DNA of 64,000 nt from Octopus sinensis (Eukaryota): positions 192,820,001-192,884,000 of the forward strand of contig NC_042997.1 in the NCBI RefSeq assembly GCF_006345805.1, written 5' to 3'. Below the pieces are notes generated by a model. It had not been told where the DNA came from and searched no databases. It was given only the letters and a program-made list of their open reading frames with translations. The translations under genes and the position numbers were made by a program. Positions 1 through 12,544 of this stretch are shown here, piece by piece; the first letter of the stretch is position 1, and the number at the start of each line of letters is the position of its first letter.

Positions 1-262
1 TATGAATAATTGTGTCCACAACAGTAGTATAGCTGTGACAGTGGTGGTGGGTCTGCCTTGGACATCACTTTTATGGATGTGGCACTTTTGAGTCGCTGTA
101 TGAGGTTGTATAGGCTTGTGTTGGGGTTGGGAGTGGGGTGAAAACTCAAGCACTCTCCCAGGAGGCACCTTCTAGGTTTGCCACTGATCCTACCATCACA
201 TTTACTATGACCTTAGTTGTTTTTTAGTTGTTTTCCTACATTCTTTGAGTTCTTTACATTAA

Positions 263-475
263 CCCTTTAGCATTCAGATTACTCTGTCAGATGTTATGCC
301 TATTTATTTCAATTGATCATATGTTATCTCAAAGCTTCAAGATTGCAATGATGTGATTGCTTATTTTTTTTAGAAAGACATTGTAAAGTAGGCACGAGAA
401 GTCAGATCTGGTCAGTCTGAACATGATACAGCTACAATATTTAGGCCAGATAAGGCCAATTTAAATGCTAACAGG
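263..475. mobile_element. piggyBac-like MITE
   Basis: TTAA at 259-262 and 476-479; ends CCCTTTAGCATT / AATGCTAACAGG (10/12 inverted match); degraded related copy near 37855-38010. Confidence 0.7.
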
Positions 476-1859
476 TTAATTTTAATTGGAATAATTTTGT
501 TTTACTAAATTGGTAGTTTTATACAAAATCAGTTGTTATTTCACTTGTATATTTTCTCGGTATAATAACAAGTATATTAATCCAATCTGTTTTGCTCTTT
601 ATGCGAACACATGTTAGTAAGATCAGTTTCATTCAGCTCTCTAACTTCGCTTTTATTACTAATAGCTACTTTTATTGGCAGTTTTCATTTATTACTAATA
701 GCTACACTTATATAAACAGTTTTCATAAAATTTCACTATAAGCAACTCAAAATGGAAAATGCTTCAATAACGATAGACATTTTAACAGAACTTTCATGTT
801 AACATTTTTTCCCCCTATCTTGCAAAATTGAAAACAGCTTCAATAAAAACAAGTTCACTGAACAGAATTTGCCATCTGCTAATGAGCTTCTTATATCAAT
901 CATTAACACTTGCTACTCTAGTTAGTTTGCTCTTGTTGACTAAGCTTAGCTGCTGCAGACAACAGAGATAATTAATTTTATTCTTTATTGTTCTAGCATT
1001 GATTTATCAACTTTGTATTTTCAAATGATCGTGATTGGTAAAAATTTTAATGAATGGAAAAGATCAGTTTCTCATTCTTTTGTCACTTTATTTTATTCCC
1101 ATGTGCATTTGTTAGTAATCTTCACAAACAGCTAAAAAAATTTCTGTTCCCCTTTAGTTTTTTTTAAATATTAGTTCCGAGTTAAATATGTGTATATTTG
1201 CACTTTTTTTTTGCATTTGCATTGTATGTATTTCTTTGAAATGCTAAAATGAATTTTTTTTTGTGTGTGTGATGATGATGATGATGTGTGTATACACTTG
1301 TAAATTATTCTTTCTGTTTTTATAAATTTTGTAAGGAAAATATTTTAATAGAATGTTCATGTTTTTACATATAATCTTTTACAGCTGAAACTGCTTTTAT
1401 GAAATGATTTAAATTAGTTTTGTAATAAAATACTTATATATCTCTAATTCAGTAGGCATAGCTTGTGTATATGCCTGCATGTTCATGTGCATGTATGTAT
1501 ACACAATGTAGTTTTATTTTTATTTTGAATATCTTTTATGGTAATGCAGTTTCTAAAATACTTTGTCTAACAGTCATTTTCTTCAGAAAGCATTAAATTC
1601 TAATGAACATAATTTTTTTACTGTATATTCTCTATTATGCATTTAATTATTTACAGTGTATTTTTCAAACTATATTTCTTATCTAATATTTAAAATGTGT
1701 ATTTTGATATTGAAGCCTGATGTGATCTTTGTATAGTACTTGTCTTAGGATTTTTATTTTCTTTCTACCACCAAAACAGATTAATTTTGTTGTGAAATAT
1801 CCATTTAATGCTAACATAATATATACTCACTTTGAAATTTCGTGTTTTTCACTTTGCAG

Positions 1860-2201
1860 ACTGTTCAGCTATATTAATTCAAAGGAAAAAAATCCTAGAG
1901 AAAAAACAAAAAAATGTGATATCCAATCACAAAGTAAACCCAATCACTAATAATGCTAAGTCAAGTTATTCACTTACAGCCGCTGCCAAGAACACGGGTC
2001 TCCAAAATAATTTGCCTGTTTTCTCAAAAACTCTTCCAGCTAATATTTCTCATAGCAATGATCTTAGTCATGGTCTTAGCTACAATCAGACTAACAGTGA
2101 TTCTGTAAACAATAATGAATTTAACAAACCAACAGACTGGTATATAAAACGGGGCCTTAATGAGTCTAACACCCGTTGGATTTCAAATCTGAAGAAAAAG
2201 G
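1860..2201 (+). CDS. Candidate cassette exon V1 (114 codons, Ser/Asn-rich), probably of the WIP gene
   Basis: Acceptor gtttttcactttgcag|AC, donor AAGG|gtataa, 342 nt, phase 1-1, open frame; the ORF composition turns to intron-like hydrophobic sequence after the donor. Confidence 0.6.
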
Positions 2202-2396
2202 GTATAATTATTATTGTCGTTTGTAGCTTAGTTAACCCTTGCCTATTTAGTGAGTTTTTCATCAGCTTTGCACTAAAAATGATTTTTAACCTCTTCACCT
2301 GTTTTAAATTAAAATTTTTTTGTGTGTTTTTCATTTTAGCTTTTCCCTATATATTTTTAGTATTTTCCCTAGTGCAAATTAGTTATTTTATAGACA

Positions 2397-2935
2397 CTGA
2401 TGTGGCTGTATGATAAGAAGTTTGCTTCCCAGCCACATGGTTTCTGGTTCAGTCCAGAAAGGCGGCAAACTGGCAGAAACGTTAGCACGCCGGGCGAAAT
2501 GCTTAGCGGTATTTCGTCTGCGTTACGTTGTGAGTTCAAATTCCGCCGAGGTTGACTTTGCCTTTCATCCTTTCGGGGTCGATAAATTAAATACCAGTTA
2601 CGCACTGGGGTCGATGTAATCGACTTAATACCTATGTCTGTCCTTGTTTGTCCCCTCTGTGTTTAGCCCCTTGTGGGTAGTAAAGAAATAGGTTTCTGGT
2701 TCAGTCCCACTGCACAGCTACTCAGGAAAGTGTCTGCTATCATAGCTCCAGGCTGACCAAATCCTTGTGAGAGGATTTGGTAGACAGAAGCTGAAAGAAG
2801 CATGACAAATGTGTGTGTGTGTGTGTGGTGTGTGTGTGTATGAGAGTATGTATGTATGTGTATAAATGTGTGCAAGTGTTACTGTTCTCTTGTCTTGATA
2901 TTGTATGACAGTTGTAAATGAGTGTCATTGTCTTT
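2397..2935 (+). mobile_element. tRNA-derived CORE-like SINE (family B), interrupted by a family A SINE
   Basis: Head tgtggctgta...ggttcagtccc, CORE-like aagtgtctgctatcatagc, (TG)n; split at 2456-2690. Confidence 0.8.
2456..2690 (+). mobile_element. tRNA-derived SINE (family A) with 17-bp TSD
   Basis: A-box-like tggcagaaacgttagc, B box gagttcaaattcc; exact TSD ggtttctggttcagtcc at 2439-2455 and 2691-2707. Confidence 0.92.
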
Positions 2936-2938
2936 CAT

Positions 2939-3769
2939 TTCCAGGTCTTCATGGGTCTACCTCTTCCACAGGTTCCCTCTACTGCTAGGGTGTGACACTT
3001 TCACACAGCTGTCGTCATCTGTATGCAGCACATGACCATACCTGTGCAGTTGTCTCTCTTGCACACCACATCTGATGCTTCTTAAGTCCAACTTTTCTCT
3101 CAGGGTGCTTACACTCTTTCATGTATGCACACTGACATTACACATCCAGCAGAGCATACTGGCTTCGTTCCTTGCAAGCTTATGCATGTCCTCAGCAGCC
3201 ACGACTCATATTTCACTGCCATGTAGCATGGCTATTCGTACACATGCGTCATACAGTCTACCTTATAGTGTGCTGTGCCTGAGAGGACCCATTAAGCCAA
3301 GTGCACCCATGCTGGTGGCATGTAGAGAATACTTTTCAAGTGTTGGACCTCACAGAGGCAAAGTGGTTGAGTTCCTTTTGAGCATTGGGCCTCATGGAGG
3401 CAAAGTGGCTGTGTTCCTTTCGATTGTTGGGCCTCACAGAGGCAATGACCGAGACCTTTGGCATTATGTTGTGCTTGAGAAGAAATCCCATCAAGCCAAG
3501 CAAAATCGCAGTCGTAGCAGATACTGGTGTCATGCAAATTGCCACATAAACACCCCCCGATGTCATGCAAATGGCACCCATGCCGGTGGCACGTAAAAGC
3601 ACCCATTACACTCTCGGTGTGGTTGGCATTAGGAAGAGCATCTAGCCATGGAAAACCATGCCAAATTAGACTGGAGTCTGGTGCAGCCCTCCAGCATGCC
3701 TGTCCAGTCAAACCGTCCAACCCATGCCAGCATGGTTAACAGATGTTAAATGATGATGTTGATGATGAT
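2939..3769. mobile_element. RTE-clade LINE 3' end with 5' inversion
   Basis: Minus segment 2939-3264 encodes degenerate KGRLYDACVR..AMLHGSE...YGHV...GTCGRGRP.KTW. Plus segment about 3270-3769 carries the ORF C-terminus/3' UTR and a (GAT)n tail. Confidence 0.8.
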
Positions 3770-4190
3770 AAACATCTCACTTTTCATGTAGTCACTAATG
3801 ATCATATAGAACTAATTGTGTCACTTAATCCTTCCATCTGGGCCACAAACATTTGAGATTTTCCAGATTTCTGCTCTGCAAAAGTAGAAACAAATTCAGG
3901 AAACTTGTTATATATATTGTTTTCTCTATCAGTGTTTTACAGCTCTAGTTACAAGCTCATTGGGATCGTCTCTCAAGTGGACGTGTATGTTTTGAGTGTG
4001 GATAAGTTTGACGTACAAAGGATAGCATTTAGATAGATTTCATTTTGTAATTAAGTAGATATAAGAGCAAGTACTTTGAGTGTTTACGTTCCTCAGTACT
4101 GAAGTCAATACAACACAAGTTTACAAATTAAGTTTTTATACCCCAGCACATATTTAGATACCAGCATTCCTCTTCCTGATCATCATCTCA

Positions 4191-4237
<47 letters not shown>

Positions 4238-4350
4238 CGTTTTTGGATTTGGTTTGCAAGATTCTTTATATGAGTTTGTGTGTTGAAGCATATTCTGTTG
4301 TGTCTGGGGAGAGTATATATGTCTGTGTGTGTGTGTATATATATATATAC

Positions 4351-4642
4351 ACACTGTTGTGTCTGGGGAGAGTCATTTTCGTTTTGTGCTTTATGATTTA
4401 ACACACTCACCGGTAAAATTTCCACTTATTTCTTATTTTTATTTTCCTAAAATTTTCGTTGCGTCTTGCAACCTTTTCAATAGTCTTGACTCAATGTATT
4501 TATGTATATATGACTATTGAAAAGGTTGCAAGGCGCAACAAAAATTTTAGGAAAATAAAAATAAGAAATAAGTGGAAATTTTACCGGTGAGTGTGTTAAA
4601 TCATAAAGCACAAAAAGAAAATGACTCTCCCCAGACACAACA

Positions 4643-4646
<4 letters not shown>
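4351..4646. mobile_element. Fold-back element in (TA)n/(TG)n, Penelope-like candidate
   Basis: 135-bp arms (4351-4485, 4512-4646), 3 mismatches, 26-bp spacer; partial direct repeat ctgttgtgtctggggagagt just upstream. Confidence 0.8.
4446..4485 (-). ncRNA. Minimal hammerhead-ribozyme-like motif, U3-A8 variant
   Basis: Minus strand GACUA-UUGAAAA-G-GUUGC-aagac-GCAAC-GAAAAUUU-UAGG: 3-bp stem I, 5-bp stem II, GAAA, palindromic stem III. The plus-strand mirror copy at 4512-4551 has G12>A. Confidence 0.55.
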
Positions 4647-4697
<51 letters not shown>

Positions 4698-5120
4698 TAA
4701 ATAATGTAGTAATGATAACAGTTATATAAATATCAAATTTTGTTCTCAGTGTGAATCAGATAATAATAATAGAGATAATTATGTAATTAGTTCTATTTGT
4801 TCTAATGGCAATTCTCCCCATGTTCCTCTTACTTTATCATTTCTAAATAAGAAGCATTTTCTTGTAAGAAGTCTAATTTCTTAGAGAAATTATTATTGTT
4901 GTCTTTTGAATCTTTTCTTTACTTGTTTAATTTACAATATTCATTTTCTTTTGTAATTAGAAATAAATAATTTATTTTGCATTAGTTTTAATTATAGAAA
5001 TATCTAACATAATTAACATATTTGTTTTCAACCCAGATTAGTTTTATTTTCTTAACTAATTAATGTTTTTTTTCTCATATTTCCTGAACTGCCTATAACT
5101 TAACGATTTGCCAATTTCAG

Positions 5121-5804
5121 TTCGTCGGCTATCGGCGTTTTCCTTTCCTGTGATGACATCTTCCAAGTCCAGCTTTGAAATCACACCAAATATGCAATAT
5201 TCTTCTCAAACATCTTCAGTGCCTCAACATTCTCCTAACCAATATGTAGCCCACTTAAAAACAACAAAAGCAGATACATCACCATCATCGTCCCATTATG
5301 CATCACCAGTGTCTCATCAGAATAAGAGCTCTGTTATTATTAACAAACCTGAAAAGACTCAGCAGATGGAATCAGAAATTATCACTACTCCATCTTCTAG
5401 AACTAATCAAGATATCTCTAATGACATAAGTAGTCCTAGCCTTACTAGCTCTGATAATTATCTGTCTCCCTATCAGTATTCTAAACCATATTCTTCTCAG
5501 AGTGTTGAGAATAATATCAATGTTCCCTCAGCAGTACCAGCACCACCATTGATTGAACAGATCCAAGCCAATTTGAAAAAGCTAAAACATAGTTCTCCTA
5601 AAATGGCCAAAGCTAGGACAAGCAGTGGAAATAAATCCAACTTGAAAATTATTCAAGGTTCTCCTTACCATACGTCATCGAAAGCTGCCAAAACACTAGA
5701 ACAGCAGCTTCATTGTCTGCGCAAGACCTCAATCAACCGTAAGACTACATCTTTCGAACCTTCGGCACCAGTCTCAGAATGGAAACAGAAGTTGAAAATG
5801 GATG
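5121..5804 (+). CDS. Candidate cassette exon V2 (228 codons) with WH2-like motifs
   Basis: Acceptor ccaatttcag|TT, donor GATG|gtatac, 684 nt, phase 1-1; encodes PAPPLIEQIQANLKKLKHS and TLEQQLHCLRKT. Confidence 0.68.
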
Positions 5805-8301
5805 GTATACAATGCACAGTTATTAGTTTTAGAGTTTTGTCGTTTGGCACTTTGCATAAGCGTATAATTAATTATAGAATTTCCCATCTTCTTGAACACT
5901 CACACAAACATGTTACCGCCTTGCAAAACTAGTATTCAGTAAGAACTAGCTAACTTTTTATAGCTGTGTTTATCTCTCTCTCTCTCTCTTATTTATAAGT
6001 TGTTTATAATTTAACCTTTAAAGGTATTTTTTAATATGCTGACCATTGATAAAATTTTTTTCGAAAAATTTTATCCTACATTAGATATATATATATATAT
6101 ATTACTTTATATAATTACAAGTATAATTATAATTAGGGTTCAGCAAAATAAAAAATTTGCTTTGCCACATACCAAGCTTTTAGAAATAGCAGCCAGAGAA
6201 CTTAGCTATTTCTTCTACTGTAAGAAAGATCTCCCAGACAATGTATACTCAAAAACTATTCACGTAGGCATAGAGGAAAAAATAACAAAAATTCACCAAA
6301 CAAGAATATTATTGATAGTAACTTCAAAGTCACTATCAACAATGTTCTTGCTTAAGACTAATAAACTCTACAAAAGTATAGAGTAACATCTGAGATTAAT
6401 GTAAAATTGTTTTTATTATAAGTGAACATAAAAACAACTATTATGGACATGGCTACATGTCTCAAGCTGGTGTCATGAGAAATGCTTCTTGTACACTATG
6501 TAAGGTGGATGGTGCTAAGGACATCCAGCCATAGAAACCAAGTCAAAACAGAAACCTGAGTGAGAGGAGGTCTTCCAACCCTCTAGGCAAGCAGTGCTCC
6601 TGAGTATATGCTGACTCAGACCATGTGATCCATCTACCCCATGCTAGCATGAAAAGCAGACATAATATGACATATATGTATATAAATATATATATATGTT
6701 GTCATATTATATAATATTATATAATAATCAGCTGCTGGAAACAAACAGCAAAGTTGGTGCTAATGTACCCACCATGATGAGTCAATTAATTTTAATTAGT
6801 TAAAAATTTCTTTGCTCACTACATTATATATGTATGTGTGTTGGTGCCTTCTTTACTATTTTTGTTATTTCTGTTGACTTAGATAAGGCTTTTTGATCAG
6901 ACTTATGGTAAATTTTATGCTATGAACTGATTGCTGACTGTTTTTCTTTCATATGCCTTTAAAATAATTTATCCTTATGAATATGAATATTTCCCATGCT
7001 GTACCAAAGTTTTCTGTGTGATCTACAATGTGTTGGTTTATAAACCTTCGCAGACATAATTGATAAATCTCAAGTATGTTGGATTGGCAGAATCGGACAA
7101 AATGCCTTTGTGCTGTTTAGTTGCATACAACTCTTAATGTTCCGAGTCCAAATCTTGCTGAGATCAACTTTGCCTTTCTATCAAGGTGAATTAACTAAAT
7201 TACCAATTGTGTACTAACGTCAATAGTATTGACTAAACCCATCCCTTCATAATGGCTGTTCTTTTGCCTTCGGTAGAAATAATTATTTATATACTTAAAA
7301 AACCTTGTGAACAATGTGTTCATAATGCTAAACCAACAAGATTGTTGTTTACCCATTTAATTTCAGTATCAGTTTATCTTAATGAGAAATAATTTAAGCT
7401 ACAAGTAATAAAGATTTTAATATTATTTTATTTTAAGGATAGTGGGTGACTAAAACAACAGAGAGAGAGAATGATGGATTAACTATTTTGTAGTATTTAG
7501 TTAAAACAGTTTTATATTTGAGTTCAAATCCTTTCTAAGCCTTTTCGCCCTCCTAGGGTTAAAAAAATATTTACCAGTAGATACTGTTGTCAGTTTAGCC
7601 ATTCCTACCTTCTTTCAAAATATGTGGCACTGAACTTGTCAGAAATCAACATAAATTTATTATTGATTTTTCTTTTAATTAGTATGTGTATGTAATTTTT
7701 TTTGCTTGGTACATCATTATAGAAACTTTGGAAGCTGTAGACTTTTCAAAGTGTGACTGATTTCTTTGCCTGTGTTAGTAGATGCTAACATATGCCCACC
7801 ACACTGACATGTCAACATAGCAGCAAAAGATTTAATGCCAGCTTTAAAGACTTAATAACTACAGATTCCCATAAAGTTTTACACTAAGAAATTATTCAAC
7901 CTATTATCTGTATCATTGGTTCTAAATCATTTTTTGCCTATAGTCCCCTTTCACTTTACTGAACCTCCATTGCCATTCAATATGTATTTAAAAAAATCCT
8001 TCTGTATTTTATAATTAAATGTTATTAGGAACTACATAAAAAAAAGTAAAGTATTTTGTGCATTGTAGAAGTGTAAACAACTTATTATTCATAAATTTTA
8101 ACAACAAAATCTTACATGAATTCCCAAGAGTCATGTAGACCCAATTGAGAACTATTGGTCTATATTGTTGTGGGCTTTTTTTTTTTTTTTTTTGAAACAG
8201 TAGTAATTAATTTAAAGCTTATAGAATTGAGAATCTATGTTTTTATAATCTACCTCTCTGTTCTCTTTTTGATTATAATTTGAATAATTTAAAATTTTCA
8301 G

Positions 8302-9102
8302 CTCCCAGTTTCCATAGATTTTCTGCTTCCCGTTTGAATATTCGCCAACCTGGAACTCCCCGGCATCGTTCTGCAGCTATGTCTCATTTTAGACCTGTAG
8401 CTTCAACAAACACTCCGAACTCTTACAATTTGACTAAACCTTCTTCAAATATTGTTGCAACTAACTCCACTAATGTTTTAACTGTTGCTGCTAAATTTTC
8501 TAACTTCGACCAACAGCAAGTATATCCAAAAGAGACTAAGAAAGAATGTATCATCTACGAAAAACCTCAACTGTCCTCCCAAAAGTATAAAAGTCCAGTA
8601 ACTAGTATTTATGAATCTGCAGCAGTTTTTGAACAACCCAAAAATTCAGCATACAAACTACCTAAACAGTTTTCACAACAATCTACAGTATCACAAACAA
8701 CTTCTGAGGAAAAACCGGCAGAATTTCTGGAAGTTACTCTGAAATCGACAAAGTTTTCAACTTTATTTTATGGTGCTAAAAAAGATCCCAAGAAGGATTT
8801 CACACCATTCGGAAATTACAACCGATCACCTTACGGGAACCCGTCTTTATTTAAGAGTAATAATAATCTAAACCCGTATGCAAGATCCGTTTCCTACCAC
8901 GGGCCACTTTCAGAAGCTTCCTACTCAAAGTCTTCACAAAGCTCAGGCAGTTATTTCCAACCAATTGGTTCATTCTTCCAGCCTTCGTTTATGTCCCATT
9001 CTGAGAGAGGATATTCAGAAAATACCTATCAAATGTCAGCTTCGGCACCATCACTGGTTCAAAATCGTATCAAATGGGCACGGAACATGTCTTCATATGA
9101 TG
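8302..9102 (+). CDS. Candidate cassette exon V3 (267 codons, Ser/Thr/Tyr-rich)
   Basis: Acceptor aaaattttcag|CT, donor GATG|gtattg, 801 nt, phase 1-1, open frame; contains EFLEVTLKST and SLVQNRIKW. Confidence 0.68.
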
Positions 9103-9990
9103 GTATTGTTCCTGTTGTGTTCCTTCCCCTTATGCACATAGTTTCCTTCTGCTATACAGCTCATTTCTACCCACTGTTTTGCATACAATCTAAAGGTTTA
9201 GTGGCAAAGCTTCAAACTCTGGCACCGAAAAGAGGGGGGAAAAAATACCAAAAAATCATATAAACAAACCCATAAAAAGTAATTTATAATTAATTATATC
9301 GTTATTGAGGTTAATAAGGATGTTGGAGTATCATCATTAAAATTGAGGTTATTTAATTGCATTCTTTTCTAATCTGAGCAAAAATCATGATTAAACCGAC
9401 TTACCCATGAGTTGATTAGATAATTATTTGTAACATAGTAAAATACCCTGAGTTGGCAGAATTGTTGGCATGCTGGGCAAAATGCTTAGTGGCACTTCAT
9501 TAATTCTTTTACTCTTTTGACTGCAGCCATGCTGGGGCACTGCCTTTTAGTTGAGTAAATCGACCCCAGGACTTATTCTTTGTAAGTCCAGTACTTATTC
9601 TATCAGTCTCTTTTGCCGAACCGCAATGGACTTCCATACAGTTTCTGTCTACCACTCACAAGGCATTGCTCAGTCTAAGGCTATGGTAGAAGGTACTTGC
9701 CCATAGTGCTGCACAGTGGAACTGAACTCAAAACCACGTAGTTGCAAAGCAAGCTTTTTTACCACATAGTCATGCTTATTGATAAAATGTCTGTAATGCT
9801 GCTATGGTAACCTTCTCTCTATATATATATACCAGAGATCTTGTGTAATAATTAATGCGTCCTCCCTCCAAAGGTAATAGCTGACTTAAAATGGTTATGA
9901 CTGAATCATAACCATGCTTTGGCCTTCACTTGCGGTCACTTTACAATTATTGATTGGTGCCTGTTTAATATTACTGGCTGTCTCAATACC

Positions 9991-10212
9991 TATTTCTTTA
10001 CTACCCACAAGGGGCTAAAAACAGAGAGGACAAACAAGGACAGACAAACGGATTAAGTCAATTATATCGACCCCAGTGCGTAACTGGTACTTAATTTATC
10101 GACCCTGAAAGGATGAAAGGCAAAGTCGACCTCGGTGGAATTTGAACTCAGAACGTAACAGCAGACAAAATATGGCTACGCATTTCGCCGGGCGTGCTAA
10201 CGTTTCTTCCAG
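9991..10212 (-). mobile_element. SINE family A, 5'-truncated, 9-bp TSD
   Basis: Reverse complement of the 2456-2690 element; ctcaatacc at 9982-9990 and 10213-10221. Confidence 0.88.
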
Positions 10213-10552
10213 CTCAATACCAGTTGTGCTAGGTTGTCACTGATTGATAAGTGTAACTAGTAGTCTGTGCCTTTCTATATACAGTGAGGTAAAATGAACT
10301 GGCAAGAGTTAAGTACTCTTGCATGAGAGATGTTTAAGTGCTAATGATACATTATGAGCCATCAGTTGCTCATGTCCATTTGACTTCATTTACTTCTCTC
10401 ACTTCAATTGATATACAAGAACAACCAATTGTATTAGATTTGTGATTCACCATTGATGGTTTAAATGATTAATTCTAAGCCAAAATTAATCGACGTGTTT
10501 AACCAGCCAATTGCCAATTGATTAAAAAAACATTAGTTGGAAAATGAGAATC

Positions 10553-10745
10553 ATCATCATCGTCATTTAACATCCGCTTTCCATGCTAGCATGGGTTGGA
10601 CGATTTGACTAAGGGCTGGCGAACCAGATGGCTGCGCCAGGCTCCAATCTGATCTGGCAGGGTTTGTACAGCTGGATGCCCTTCCTAATGCCAACCACTC
10701 CAAGAGTGTAGTGGAACTCTGAGAGTGTAGTGGCACTCCGAGAGT
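10553..10745 (-). mobile_element. RTE LINE 3' tail copy
   Basis: (ATC)n, palindrome ccatgctagcatgg, ctggatgcccttcctaatgccaaccac; many similar copies across the window. Confidence 0.75.
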
Positions 10746-11083
10746 GTAGTGAATATAAAAATAAAGCAGTTAAGTAAAGAAATCTGAAAATTATATTTAT
10801 ATCAAGTAGTTTGTTGATGGTCACTAAGGAGCAAGGAATAAATTCCCACCCTGCTTCTCCGAGGACATAGTTTCAATTCCATGTAGAAGCTAATTCATTC
10901 ATGTGTGTGTAATAGACAATAAGCAAAATAAGAGATGACAAGGGTGGGACAAGTTTTAACAAATGTATTCATTTGACATTTAAAAGGAAGAGAAAGAGTC
11001 TTGATGTTTCAGACATTAATCCATCTTTAAAAAATATAAAAATTGTGGGAAATGTGTGTGTTCGTGCATATGTTTAGATCCAC

Positions 11084-11474
11084 AGGCGCAGGAGTGGCTG
11101 TGTGGTAAGTAGCTTGCTAACCAACCACATGGTTCCGGGTTCAGTCCCACTGCGTGGCATCTTGGGCAAGTGTCTTCTGCTATAGCCCCGGGCCGACCAA
11201 TGCCTTGTGAGTGGATTTGGTAGACGGAAACTGAAAGAAGCCTGTCGTATATATGTATATATGTATATGTGTGTGTGTTTGTCCCCCCTAGCATTGCTTG
11301 ACAACCGATGCTGGTGTGTTTACGTCCCCGTCACTTAGTGGTTCGGCAAAGAGACCGATAGAATAAGTACTGGGCTTACAAAGAATAAGTTCCGGGGTCG
11401 ATTTGCTCGACTAAAGGCGGTGCTCCAGCATGGCCACAGTCGAATGACTGAAACAGGTAAAGAGTAAAGAGTAA
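11084..11474 (+). mobile_element. SINE family B, full length
   Basis: ggcgcaggagtggctgtgtggtaag head, B box ggttcagtccc, CORE-like cttgggcaagtgtcttct, internal (TA/TG)n, (AGAGTAA)n tail. Confidence 0.88.
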
Positions 11475-12068
11475 TGTATTTTCATTGATACTATTTAGCT
11501 AATAGTGATGACTTTTAATTCCGACATAAGTAAGCAAAAATATGTCACTTTAACAGTTCATGTGAAGTTGTGGAATAGTTGGCTTCATTTGTAAAAATAA
11601 GTGAGGGTCAATATTAGAAAGAGCTTCTAATCATAAAATGCTGCCTCTACAAGTCTTTTCTAATTCAAGCCAACATGGAAAAAGTAGTCATAAAAACGAT
11701 GGTGATGACTGATAGATATCAAGAGTGAAGAAGGAAAACCTATATACATGATCACGTGATTGACCAGACTATTGAATGTTGTACATTGCTGGTCACAATG
11801 CACTTTGCATTGTTTTAGCTTTCAAATAATGCCTCCTCGCTGGTTAGGTGAGCAGGCCAATATTCCATCACAGGGTTATTCATTTACATCTTACATCTGA
11901 GTAGATTGGTGTGTTGTGAAATTATGCGTTTTGCTCAAGGACACAACATGCCACCTGGTTCGGGAATCAAACCCACAATCCAGCAATCATGAGTGCTATG
12001 CTCTAATCACTAGGTCATGCGACTTTATTCATATGTAAATAACAATTAGATTCAATAATAGTAGTATT

Positions 12069-12544
12069 GTGGAGGCGCGTGGCATAAGATTGTGGTTTCG
12101 ATTCCTGGACAGGGCGACATGTTGTGTTCTTGATCTAAACACTTCATTTCACATTGCTCCAGTCCACTCAGCTGGCAAAAATGAGTAACGCTGCAATGGA
12201 CTGGCTTCCCATCCAGCTGGGGAACACATATACCATGGAAACCGGGCCCATGAACCTGGCTAGGCTTTAAAAGGGCACACTTGTGGAGGCGTATGGCTTA
12301 GTGGTTAGGGTGTCAGCATCATGATCGTAAGATTGTGGTTTCGATTCCTTGACTGGGCGACGTGTTGTGTTCTTGATCTAAACGCTTCATTTCACATTGC
12401 TCCAGGCCACTCAGCTGGCAAAAATGAGTAATGCTGTGATGGACTGGCGTCCCGTCCAGCTGGGGAACACATATGCCATAGAAAAAAAGGAAACCGGGCC
12501 CATGAGCCTGGCTAGGCTTTAAAAGGGCGCAAGAAAGAAGAAAG
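12069..12544 (+). mobile_element. Head-to-tail dimer of tRNA-SINE family C
   Basis: Two gtggaggcg...gtttcgattcc...gctccagtccactcagctgg units; single 12-bp TSD aatagtagtatt at 12057-12068 and 12545-12556. Confidence 0.85.

Noticed and set aside
2202-2413. Hydrophobic, transmembrane-like C-terminus of ORF 1832-2413 (and read-through tails of the 5108 and 8280 ORFs)
   Set aside because: T-rich intron read-through after the GTAT donors; composition changes abruptly at the donor.
6036-6386. 116-aa ORF
   Set aside because: No recognisable motif, poor acceptor, AT-rich composition.
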